From assembly GCA_964626465.1 (NCBI GenBank), contig CAZVFP010000006.1, forward strand, positions 2,227-66,226: DNA of 64,000 bases, written 5' to 3'. Below are positions 37,676 through 46,165 of this stretch, in pieces. Numbering within the stretch: position 1 is the first letter of the stretch; each line of letters begins with the position of its first letter. Origin of the DNA: an uncultured Bacteriovoracaceae bacterium. Its GTDB lineage: Bacteria > Bdellovibrionota > UBA2394. Below the pieces are notes generated by a model. The model had not been told where the DNA came from. It saw only the letters and a list, made by a program, of their open reading frames with translations, and did no database searches. The translations under genes were made by a program, and so were the position numbers.

Positions 37676-38878
37676 TCAAGTAGTGATTAAGTAAGCAGAA
37701 AGCAATTTCTCAAGCCCTTGACAAACATCAGAAATATCCGTTTCTGTCATGGTCGGAAAAACTGGCAGAGATATCTCGGCTTCGTAAGCCTGTTCAGATC
37801 GGGGGCAGAGACCCTTCTTAAAACCTAATTTCTCATAAAATGGATGAAGATAAACTGGAATATAGTGAACATTCGCTCCAATATTTTCGGCATGCAACGC
37901 CGACAAAAACTCCGTCCGACTGCACGACAAGCGCTTTAGATCCAATCGAACCGGATATAAATGCCACGCCGATTGGGCACCGTCCGTCGTAATGGGCAGC
38001 CTGAGCATCTCTAAGCCTTTCAATTTTTCGGCGTAGATTTTTGCAATCGCCTCGCGATCTCTTACAAATCGTGCAAGTTTCTTCAACTGAGAAAGGCCGA
38101 GCGCACACTGAAGGTCGGTGATATTGTAATTGAAACCCAGAAATTCCTGTCGGTAGTATCCAGGAGTTTCGGTTCTCACAATTCCGTGAGACCGAAAGTG
38201 CCGCAAAAATTCTGCTTCTTTCTTATCGCGGACGAGTACCATGCCGCCTTCACCGGTCGTCATGGATTTCACGGGGTGAAAACTCAACACGTTAATATCG
38301 CAGATTGATCCTACAGGTTTGCCTTTGTATGTTCCTCCGAAACTATGCGCCGCATCTGCGACTAATCGAAAGTTTTTTTTTCGTTGAAGTTCAAACAACT
38401 CATCATATCGGCAAGGATTGCCCGCGAAGTCCACCGCGACCGCAATGTCGAAGTCTTTCATTTTCTTCAACTGCTCCACATCGATATTCATCGTGGATTC
38501 TTCGATGTCACAAAACGAGACAGTCCCATGACAATACAAAACAGAATTCGACGTCGCTGCGAAAGTAATTGGAGACGTGACGACTTTTTTTTCTGGATTT
38601 ACGCCAAGCATGGCCATGACCGCGTGAAGCGCGGCAGTGGCTGAGGAAAATGCGACAGCCTCAGGCATTTCGACCAAGTCTTTCACGGCATTTTCAAATC
38701 CGACGACGGCCGGGCCGCGAGTCAGAAAATCGCTGTCGAGAACTTTTAAAACTTCTTTTTTATCAGAATCATCAACCACTTGCCGCGAATAGGGCAACCA
38801 CGTTTTTCGGATCGGGGTTCCCCCATTTATAGCGAGCCCAGAAAGATTATTTGCTTTTGACATTGTCGCCTTTGCCAT
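37676..38878 (-). CDS. DegT/DnrJ/EryC1/StrS-family PLP-dependent sugar aminotransferase
   Basis: 400 aa. Typical family pattern including SFHPVKSMTTGEGG (PLP lysine) and FLGFNYNITDLQCALG. Confidence 0.85.
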   Translation of the reverse strand: MAKATMSKANNLSGLAINGGTPIRKTWLPYSRQVVDDSDKKEVLKVLDSDFLTRGPAVVGFENAVKDLVEMPEAVAFSSATAALHAVMAMLGVNPEKKVVTSPITFAATSNSVLYCHGTVSFCDIEESTMNIDVEQLKKMKDFDIAVAVDFAGNPCRYDELFELQRKKNFRLVADAAHSFGGTYKGKPVGSICDINVLSFHPVKSMTTGEGGMVLVRDKKEAEFLRHFRSHGIVRTETPGYYRQEFLGFNYNITDLQCALGLSQLKKLARFVRDREAIAKIYAEKLKGLEMLRLPITTDGAQSAWHLYPVRLDLKRLSCSRTEFLSALHAENIGANVHYIPVYLHPFYEKLGFKKGLCPRSEQAYEAEISLPVFPTMTETDISDVCQGLEKLLSAYLITT

Positions 38879-38946
38879 AACTCTAATTTATCTGCCTTAT
38901 GTTCCCATGTACTAGTCTTCATTTTACGACTAATTTGGTCGACACT

Positions 38947-39570
38947 ATGAATTTGACGCAGATTCCGTTCATGATTTTGGCATTGATTCCCGCTTTAACC
39001 TTTCACGAATGGGCGCATGCTATTGTTGCTCGATATTTCGGCGATAATACTGCAGAGCGTCTGGGAAGGCTGACTCTCAACCCGTTGGCGCATCTTGATC
39101 CACTGGGGACTTTGGCGATTTTGTTCGTTGGATTTGGTTGGGCTAAGCCAGTGCCTATTGATCCACGCCAATTTCGTTCATCGTGGGCAGAATTCTTCGT
39201 CGCATCTGCGGGTCCGGCGATGAATATTATTCTGGCGACTGTTTTTGCGATGGTTATCCGAAGCGGCGTTTTGAACGCTATTCCAGCCGAGCATTCTGAA
39301 AATATTTATACGATTTTGCAGATCTCAATCGTCATGAACCTCAGCTTGGCGTTCTTCAATTTGATTCCACTCGGCCCGCTGGATGGACATTCGATTTTGG
39401 CGAGGCTCTTGCCTTTGCGAACGTCGCTTCGATTTTCCGCGTGGAATCTTCAGTACGGTGGAGTCATTTTGTTTGGCGTGATTCTGGCAGACTCACTGCT
39501 GAAGCTCAATATCCTACGCACCGTCATTGGCCTTCCAGTCGCCCTCGTCCGCCTCTTGCTCTTAGGCTAG
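38947..39570 (+). CDS. M50 (site-2 protease) family zinc metalloprotease
   Basis: HEWAHAIVA (HExxH) in TM1 and NLIPLGPLDGHS (NxxPxxxLDG) in a later TM. The ORF is open from 38899; Met at 38947 gives the usual short N-terminus. Confidence 0.75.
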   Translation: MNLTQIPFMILALIPALTFHEWAHAIVARYFGDNTAERLGRLTLNPLAHLDPLGTLAILFVGFGWAKPVPIDPRQFRSSWAEFFVASAGPAMNIILATVFAMVIRSGVLNAIPAEHSENIYTILQISIVMNLSLAFFNLIPLGPLDGHSILARLLPLRTSLRFSAWNLQYGGVILFGVILADSLLKLNILRTVIGLPVALVRLLLLG

Positions 39571-39573
39571 AGA

Positions 39574-39595
39574 GGTACCAGGGGTACCTGGTACC
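39574..39595 (+). repeat. 22-nt hairpin motif GGTACCAGGGGTACCTGGTACC, copy 1
   Basis: 9-bp stem GGTACCAGG/CCTGGTACC with loop GGTA. Lies between the convergent M50 and secreted-protein genes. No U-run follows it on either strand, so it is not a canonical terminator. An identical 22-mer recurs at 40258-40279. Confidence 0.85.
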
Positions 39596-39609
39596 TATAA
39601 AAAACAGAA

Positions 39610-40176
39610 TTATGGCGCCGCGGGAAGGGTAGTATTGGAGAGAGGACCTTTAAACGGCTCCTCAACGGCCATTCGTGTTTTGAGAACGGGAACCCCATTC
39701 ACTTTCGGCAATTTCTCCAACAATTTCGAAATAGCAGGCATCACGACTTCAGCGGTACATTTCTTCAGCTCTGTGCCCTTGACGCTTCCGTAAATTGAGT
39801 ACCCATTTCCGCGGCCCTCCCCACCAGTATTGATGGCAACATACTCCACAATCTTTGCATTTACTTCAGCTTGTTTTTGATTATCTAAGACATAACTAGA
39901 TTTAAAAGCGCTTGGAAAGGGAAGCCCTTCAGGCCTTGTGGGATCACTGACAATAGCTGAAAAACCACATTGGTTGTAGGAGCCTCCAAGAATCACGAGT
40001 CGCTGCAAAACAAGATTTTCAGAAATGTCCGAGATCCGAACTGCAAGTGTGCGATCGACAGTCACTAGACTGGCTCTTTTTTCTTCCTTAATTGTAATCG
40101 CCTGAACAGGCTCGGCAAAAACGGAGCTCTGAGACATCCACATCAAACATACAAAACCAACGCTTATACTTTTCAT
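39610..40176 (-). CDS. hypothetical secreted protein
   Basis: ATG at 40176 is preceded by GGAGGTGG. Signal peptide MKSISVGFVCLMWMSQSSVFA. The ORF-track start (GTG 40191, MGGGG) is really the G-rich RBS region. No motif recognised. Confidence 0.55.
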   Translation of the reverse strand: MKSISVGFVCLMWMSQSSVFAEPVQAITIKEEKRASLVTVDRTLAVRISDISENLVLQRLVILGGSYNQCGFSAIVSDPTRPEGLPFPSAFKSSYVLDNQKQAEVNAKIVEYVAINTGGEGRGNGYSIYGSVKGTELKKCTAEVVMPAISKLLEKLPKVNGVPVLKTRMAVEEPFKGPLSNTTLPAAP

Positions 40177-40245
40177 TCCACCTCCCCCCACACAATGGTA
40201 ACTCGTCGCTATCTCTAGATCTACCCCCCCCCAAATTATCCAATT

Positions 40246-40291
40246 GCAGTATATTTCGGTACCAGGGGTACCTGGTACCGAAATATACTGC
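40246..40291. repeat. 46-nt perfect palindrome containing copy 2 of the 22-nt hairpin motif
   Basis: GCAGTATATTTCGGTACCAGG-GGTA-CCTGGTACCGAAATATACTGC: 21-bp arms with a 4-nt centre. Located in the divergent region between the secreted-protein gene and the sigma-54 promoter. Confidence 0.9.
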
Positions 40292-40424
40292 GGCCTCGAA
40301 ATCTGCGCGAGTCAGAGGAAACGAGGGCGATGCCTGGAGACAAAATGCCGCAGCAGGCGGGAAATCCATGTCTCGCTACCACCACAGAATCCGCCCTAAC
40401 CCATATCCAGAGCCGAAAAAAAGC

Positions 40425-40440
40425 TGGCACAAGAATTGCT
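40425..40440 (+). promoter_or_regulatory. sigma-54 (-24/-12) promoter
   Basis: TGGCAC-AAGAA-TTGCT is an exact match to TGGCAC-N5-TTGCW. Confidence 0.65.
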
Positions 40441-40450
40441 ACTCTTCATA

Positions 40451-40673
40451 TCAAGGGAGAATTCTGAAAACACAAAACTAGAATTTAAAAGTTTGAGGAG
40501 AATCGCCACAACATCGGCAGGCTCTAGACCCCCCAAGGTATAGATCTGCCAACGACTTGATGGATTGCCAGGTATCATACATACGCCAAGCCTTGCCACA
40601 CCACATCAATATCTGGCGGCTCAACAAGTCCGCGCGGGGTCAGAAGTCCTCCTCCTTCTGACCCCATTTTTTT
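40451..40673 (+). ncRNA. candidate sigma-54-dependent small RNA (~220 nt)
   Basis: Bounded by the sigma-54 promoter and the intrinsic terminator. No ORF with a usable RBS lies between them. The next gene is convergent. The 5' end is inferred from the -12 element only. Confidence 0.4.
40636..40673 (+). terminator. intrinsic terminator
   Basis: 11-bp stem GGGGTCAGAAG/CTTCTGACCCC, 8-nt loop TCCTCCTC, then A followed by T7. Confidence 0.8.
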
Positions 40674-40731
40674 AGCCAAAAGACGACATCGCCCGCATAA
40701 TATCTAAACAAGGTCTACGAATACTTCGGAG

Positions 40732-41325
40732 CTAGAGCGATTTTTCAATTCTGAAAATAATTCGATCAATTGAATCCGCAAGAATCTTCTTCGATTCGCT
40801 TCCCAGCTCAGCTTGCAAACTTAGCTTCAAAAGCTGCAATTCACTGACCGCCTGTCGCAAAGCTTCGCCCTCCCCAGAAATCGTCGAAGCCGAAATTTCT
40901 CGCTGCGCCGACACACGAATATCTTGGCGAGGACTCGCCAAGTTCACCGGAGCCGACAAACCTACCGACTCAACGACATTTCCTGGTACCGTTGCATTGC
41001 CCTGCTTGGCCGGCGTCACAGATTGCAGAAATGGTGGCGGAGCCTCAGGAGCTCCCCCATCTCGACCTTCTGCTGAAATAATCTGCTCAATAAATCGGCC
41101 AAGAAACGGCTCCAGCACGACTCGCTCTTCTTGCGGCAAACGAAGCAACGACAGTCGATAGTAGTTATAGCGGGCCCGAAAATAATGGAGATCCGATCGG
41201 GTCAAAAGGGCAGACTGGCTCAGCTTGGTATACTCAGTCTGTATGGACTTCAAAATAGATCGCGACTCAATCCCCAAAAGGCTTGAGCTAAAAGCTTCGC
41301 TATTCAAAGTCTGTTTAGAAACCAC
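40732..41325 (-). CDS. hypothetical protein
   Basis: 197-aa ORF, predicted helical ends with a Pro/Gly/Ala-rich centre. No motif recognised. Confidence 0.45.
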   Translation of the reverse strand: MVSKQTLNSEAFSSSLLGIESRSILKSIQTEYTKLSQSALLTRSDLHYFRARYNYYRLSLLRLPQEERVVLEPFLGRFIEQIISAEGRDGGAPEAPPPFLQSVTPAKQGNATVPGNVVESVGLSAPVNLASPRQDIRVSAQREISASTISGEGEALRQAVSELQLLKLSLQAELGSESKKILADSIDRIIFRIEKSL

Positions 41326-41527
41326 GACCCATCATCCTCAAATCGCCATCCAACAAGTTAAAATTTCCCTCCCGAAACCGACCCCAGTGATGGGGTAAGT
41401 TATGAGGGTAAGGATCAAAAAAAAGACTGTCAACGTTGCTTCTATGTTGGCAAAAAATTTATTGAATTGATTTTGCTTTACAAACCTATCGCCACAAGTT
41501 CCATCCCAGCGCTAAGATGATCTCTCT

Positions 41528-43876
41528 ATGGCAAAACAACGTGGCAAAGGAAAAAAAATTCCCTCAAGCGATCAAAGATTATCAGAACAGGCTCTGATTT
41601 ATCACGAATATTCTTCACTTGATCGTTCAACCCGGCTGCCCGGAAAAATTGAAGTTGTTTCGACAAAACGCTGTCTCACACAACACGATTTATCGCTCGC
41701 CTATTCACCCGGTGTTGCGGCTGCATCCACTGCCATCGCATCCGATGCCGCCAAAGCCAGCGACTATACCATTCGCTCAAATCTTGTCGCCGTCGTGACA
41801 AACGGAACCGCAGTTCTTGGCCTCGGCAATATCGGCCCACTGGCTGCCAAACCTGTGATGGAAGGAAAGGGCGTTCTCTTTAAAAAATTTGCTAACATCA
41901 ACGTCTTCGATATCGAGCTCAATGCCCCGAAACCAGAGGACGTCATCAAGGCTTGCCAAATGCTCGAACCCACAGTTGGCGGAATTAATCTCGAAGACAT
42001 AAAAGCGCCAGATTGTTTTATCGTCGAAGAAGCCCTGCGAAAGACACTCAAAATTCCTGTCTTTCATGACGATCAACACGGCACAGCCATTATTGTCGCG
42101 GCCGCATTTTTGAACGGGCTCGTGCTCACGAAAAAGAAAATCTCGGATGTTCAAATTGTTTTTAGCGGAGCAGGCGCTGCCGCTGTCGCCTGTGCCGAAC
42201 TATTGGTCACTTTTGGCGTGAAGCGAACAAACATCACCCTCTGCGATCAGAATGGAGTTGTTCATTCCGAACGAAAGGATCTCGATGCTTATAAAGCTCG
42301 TTTTGCAATAAAGACGCGACATCGAAAAATCAAAGAAGCCCTCAAAAATGCTGATGTCTTTATTGGCCTCTCCGTGGGCGGCATAATCAGTCCAGAAATG
42401 ATCAAGGGCATGGCGAGAAGTCCGATGATTTTCGCTCTCGCCAATCCAGACCCAGAGATTGGATATTTTGAAGCAAAAACTGCACGTCCAGATGCCATCG
42501 TTGCAACCGGACGCTCTGATTATCCCAATCAAATTAACAATGTCTTAGGATTTCCATCTATTTTTCGGGGATCTCTCGACGTTGAAGCCTCTTGTATCAA
42601 TGAGGAAATGAAAATTGCCGCTGCTCGAGCTCTCGCTTCGCTGGCAAGAGAGGTCGTTCCGGATTCTGTTTCAAAAGTTTACGGAGGTGAGCACTTTAGT
42701 TTTGGACAAGACTACTTAATTCCGAAACCTCTCGATCCAAGAGTGCTTTTGTGGGTGGCGCCCGCGGTGGCAGAGGCGGCAATTAAGTCAAAAGTGGCGA
42801 AGCGATCAATTAATATTGGAGACTATCGAGAACATCTTGCAAATACAATGGATCGTTCCCGTCACATCATGCAGATCGCCAATTCAAAGGCGAAACTTGC
42901 GCTCCAGAAAATTGTTTTTCCAGAAGGTGACAATCCAAAAATTTTGAAAGCTGCAAATATTTTGGTTGAAGAAAAACTGGCGCAACCAATTCTGGTCGGA
43001 AATCAAAAAATAATTGAAGCAAAAATCAAAGAGATGAAGCTCAAGATTCCCGGGCTCACTATCATCGATGCTGAAGACAATCCTCTTGGCAAAGAATTTG
43101 CAAAAGTGATCTACGAAAAGCGACAGAGAAAAGGCTTATTGCTCGTCGAAGCTGAAAAAATGATGACTCGACGAACACAATTTGGCCTCATGCTCGTCGA
43201 AACAGGACGAGCGGCTGGCATGGTCTCTGGACTTACAAAAACATATCCTGAAACCATCAGACCAACTCTGCAGATCATCCAAATGCGTGATGGCTACAAG
43301 GTTGCAGCGGGTCTTTATATTATTCTCGTTAAAGATCGCGTGTTCTTTTTTGCCGACACGACGGTGAATATCGACCCGACAGCCGAACAGCTCGCAGAGA
43401 TCGCATTGCAAACTGCGGAAAAAGCCGAATTCTTCAATATTCAGCCGCGCATTGCGCTCATTAGCTTCTCGAATTTTGGCTCTACACCTCACCCGACGAA
43501 CGACAAATTGCAGGCTGCAGTAAAGTTAATTCACGAACGAAGGCCAGATCTCATTGTTGATGGCGAAATGCAGGCCGATACAGCTGTTTCTGCAGAAAGA
43601 CTTGCTGACTATACCTTTTCGTCACTAAAAAAACCGGCCAACGTTTTGATTTTTCCAAATCTTGCGTCGGGAAATATCAGTTATAAACTTTTGCAACGAT
43701 TGGGCCACGCAGATTTGATCGGCCCGATTCTCCTTGGCCCGCGCAAACCAGTTCATATTCTTCAGCAAGGCGCCTCCGTCGAAGAGATTGTGCGAATGGC
43801 AACCATCGCTGCTGCTGAAGCAAACTCGATTAGCCCGCAGCCCAACAAGGAAACGAAAAAGGGGCGAAAACGTTGA
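41528..43876 (+). CDS. maeB: NADP-dependent malic enzyme (malic enzyme + phosphotransacetylase-like domain)
   Basis: 782 aa. N-terminal malic enzyme (LSLAYSPGVA, VTNGTAVLGLGNIG, FSGAGAAA) and a C-terminal PTA-like domain. Confidence 0.9.
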   Translation: MAKQRGKGKKIPSSDQRLSEQALIYHEYSSLDRSTRLPGKIEVVSTKRCLTQHDLSLAYSPGVAAASTAIASDAAKASDYTIRSNLVAVVTNGTAVLGLGNIGPLAAKPVMEGKGVLFKKFANINVFDIELNAPKPEDVIKACQMLEPTVGGINLEDIKAPDCFIVEEALRKTLKIPVFHDDQHGTAIIVAAAFLNGLVLTKKKISDVQIVFSGAGAAAVACAELLVTFGVKRTNITLCDQNGVVHSERKDLDAYKARFAIKTRHRKIKEALKNADVFIGLSVGGIISPEMIKGMARSPMIFALANPDPEIGYFEAKTARPDAIVATGRSDYPNQINNVLGFPSIFRGSLDVEASCINEEMKIAAARALASLAREVVPDSVSKVYGGEHFSFGQDYLIPKPLDPRVLLWVAPAVAEAAIKSKVAKRSINIGDYREHLANTMDRSRHIMQIANSKAKLALQKIVFPEGDNPKILKAANILVEEKLAQPILVGNQKIIEAKIKEMKLKIPGLTIIDAEDNPLGKEFAKVIYEKRQRKGLLLVEAEKMMTRRTQFGLMLVETGRAAGMVSGLTKTYPETIRPTLQIIQMRDGYKVAAGLYIILVKDRVFFFADTTVNIDPTAEQLAEIALQTAEKAEFFNIQPRIALISFSNFGSTPHPTNDKLQAAVKLIHERRPDLIVDGEMQADTAVSAERLADYTFSSLKKPANVLIFPNLASGNISYKLLQRLGHADLIGPILLGPRKPVHILQQGASVEEIVRMATIAAAEANSISPQPNKETKKGRKR

Positions 43877-45330
43877 CCCCCGATTCGGAGTTTTCATTTC
43901 GGGTTCGCCCCAGTCTGATCAAACGTCTCAAAAACGAGCTTTGGGACCTCGTCGTCATCGGCGGTGGAATTACCGGAGCTGCGGTAGCGCGAAATGCAGC
44001 TCTCCGAGGGCTCAAAGTTGCACTCGTCGAAGCTGAAGATTTTGCGTCTGGCACAAGCTCGGGGTCTTCGAAGCTTCTTCACGGCGGCATACGCTACCTC
44101 GAAAATTTTGAATTTAAGCTGGTATTCGAAGCCATTCAAGAACGAGAAAAACTCATCAAGCTGTATGCGCCTCTTGTAAAAAATATCGATTTTGTTTTTC
44201 CAACTTATTCTGATCGGCATCCCTCGCGACTGTTATTGAATATGGGGCTGACAGTTTACGACTCTTTTTCTGGTTTTAATCAAATTCATAAAAACTTGAA
44301 TTCACAGTCTGTGTCTCAAAGATTTCCATTTTTGAAAAAAGAAAATGTGACTGGAGCTTGTATCTATACAGATAGTTTTGCAGAAGATTTTCGACTCGTG
44401 ATTGAGATCATAAAATCTGCATACCGAAGTGGCGCATGTGCCGTGAGCCAACTGAAGGTTCAAGACTTTGAGCTACTGAAAAATGAGAAACACCTCAATC
44501 TTATAGATCATTATACTGACGAAAAATTCGCAATACGTACAAAAACAATCTTCAACTGCTCAGGACCCTTCTCGGATCGCATTAGAAGAACTCTGGATCT
44601 CCCGCCACGACTGAGATTAACCCAAGGCGTACACTTTCTGGTGCCCCACTCAAAGATTCCCGTTGAACAGGCCTTCGTCTTGTCAGACCCCAAGCACAAT
44701 CGAATTTTATTTGTCATTCCGTGGGGCGCAATGACCTATATCGGCACAACCGATACCGTCGTTGCAGAGCCTGAAGAGGCGCGAGCACGCAAGGAAGATC
44801 TAGACTACGTTCTCGAGCTCTTCCACCAATTCTTTGAAATTAAGCTTGAACGAAAGGATATCGTTCAATCATGGGCGGCCGTTCGTCCGCTCATCGCTCC
44901 GCAATCTGAAGAAAGCACATCGAAAATTTCGAGAGACTTCGTGGTCGAGGAATCTCCAAAAAATATTTTTCATATACTGGGAGGAAAACTCACCAGTCAT
45001 CGAGTCATGGCGCAGGATGCCCTAAACAAATATGAGGCATTTTATTCTCGCCGAGATCCTACAGACGATGAGTTACTTCTCGAAAATAATATCGAGAGGC
45101 CACTTGATGAGGCCTCAAGAATTTTATATTCAATCGACCACGAAATGGCTCTGACACCACTTGACCATATCAGGCGCAGATCTTCGATGTATTACTTAGA
45201 TCCACGGATAGAAGAAGCCATGAAAGCCCTGGAAATTTTTCGTAAGACCATGGCATTAGGTTCGGAGCGCCTCGATGCCTATAAACAACAGATTTTAAGG
45301 AGCTTCGATTGGGACCAAGCCGGCTATTGA
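43873..45330 (+). CDS. glpD: FAD-dependent glycerol-3-phosphate dehydrogenase
   Basis: 485 aa, TTG start overlapping the maeB stop (TTGA). Motif DLVVIGGGITGAAVARNAALRGLKVALVEAEDFASGTSSGSSKLLHGGIRYLE. Confidence 0.85.
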   Translation: MTPDSEFSFRVRPSLIKRLKNELWDLVVIGGGITGAAVARNAALRGLKVALVEAEDFASGTSSGSSKLLHGGIRYLENFEFKLVFEAIQEREKLIKLYAPLVKNIDFVFPTYSDRHPSRLLLNMGLTVYDSFSGFNQIHKNLNSQSVSQRFPFLKKENVTGACIYTDSFAEDFRLVIEIIKSAYRSGACAVSQLKVQDFELLKNEKHLNLIDHYTDEKFAIRTKTIFNCSGPFSDRIRRTLDLPPRLRLTQGVHFLVPHSKIPVEQAFVLSDPKHNRILFVIPWGAMTYIGTTDTVVAEPEEARARKEDLDYVLELFHQFFEIKLERKDIVQSWAAVRPLIAPQSEESTSKISRDFVVEESPKNIFHILGGKLTSHRVMAQDALNKYEAFYSRRDPTDDELLLENNIERPLDEASRILYSIDHEMALTPLDHIRRRSSMYYLDPRIEEAMKALEIFRKTMALGSERLDAYKQQILRSFDWDQAGY

Positions 45331-46157
45331 GTAAGAAAACGAGAGAGCGCATCGCCGTATTTTCAGACGGCACATGCGATACCGCAGAAACTTATGTCCG
45401 CGCCATCCTTTCGCAGTTCAAACGAAGCGGCGGAGATATTTCACGATATCCAAGAATCCGAACAGAAGAACAATTGCTCAAGTCTCTTGATAGCCTCAAG
45501 CCACCATTCCTCATTGCCTATACCTTCGCCACAGAACGATTGCGAAAACTCATGTGGACAGAAACGAAAGCACGACACTTTCTCGGGGTCGATGTCCTTT
45601 ATCCGGCCATCGATATTTTTTCAGAATTTTTTAAGGATGATCCGTCGGAAGCTCAAGGAGTGTTTCACTCAACTCAAGCTGTCGACTATTTTGATCGGAT
45701 CGAGGCGCTCGAATTTACGGTCAAGCACGATGATGGAATGCAGCTCAGCAGCATTCACGAAGCTGACATCATACTGACGGGTGTTTCACGAACTTCAAAA
45801 ACCCCCACTTGCATGTATTTGGCACACAAGGGATACCGCGTCGCAAACGTGCCACTCGTTCCAGGCATTGACACACCTGCAGCATTGCTCAATGCCGCTA
45901 CGCATAACGTTCCGGTCATCTTTCTTACGATCGAAGCTCGTCAACTCGCTAAAATTCGAAAAGCTCGCGTTGAAAAACTAGGACCAGTCGGTCATTCTTC
46001 TGATTCCTATTCCGATATCAAGAAAATTGCAGAAGAACTTGAAGCGGCGCACCGTCTCGCAAAGCGTTATGACTGGCCTGTCATCGACGTGACGAATAAA
46101 GCTGTTGAAGAGACTGCGAGTGAAATTCTTTTACTGGTGGCTCCGAAAGATTCATAA
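45309..46157 (+). CDS. ppsR: PEP synthase / pyruvate phosphate dikinase regulatory protein (DUF299 kinase/pyrophosphorylase)
   Basis: 282 aa. GVSRTSKTPTCMYLAHKGYRVANVPLVPG P-loop region is typical of PSRP/PDRP. Confidence 0.85.
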   Translation: MGPSRLLSKKTRERIAVFSDGTCDTAETYVRAILSQFKRSGGDISRYPRIRTEEQLLKSLDSLKPPFLIAYTFATERLRKLMWTETKARHFLGVDVLYPAIDIFSEFFKDDPSEAQGVFHSTQAVDYFDRIEALEFTVKHDDGMQLSSIHEADIILTGVSRTSKTPTCMYLAHKGYRVANVPLVPGIDTPAALLNAATHNVPVIFLTIEARQLAKIRKARVEKLGPVGHSSDSYSDIKKIAEELEAAHRLAKRYDWPVIDVTNKAVEETASEILLLVAPKDS

Positions 46158-46165
46158 TAGGAGCT

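Noticed and set aside
39574-39595. Hairpin between the M50 and secreted-protein genes as a bidirectional intrinsic terminator.
   Set aside because: On the plus strand the hairpin is followed by an A-run, and on the minus strand the T-run precedes the hairpin. Neither orientation has the stem-then-U-tract arrangement.
40315-40397. GAGGAAACGAGGGC ... CCACAGAATCCGCC resembles the two strands of the RNase P RNA P4 helix (GAGGAAAGUCCGGGC / ACAGAACCCGGC).
   Set aside because: The two halves are only ~60 nt apart. None of the other universally conserved RNase P elements (GGUAA/GUGAAAG modules, P10-P12, P15) are present, and the whole non-coding region is too short and lies partly upstream of the sigma-54 promoter.
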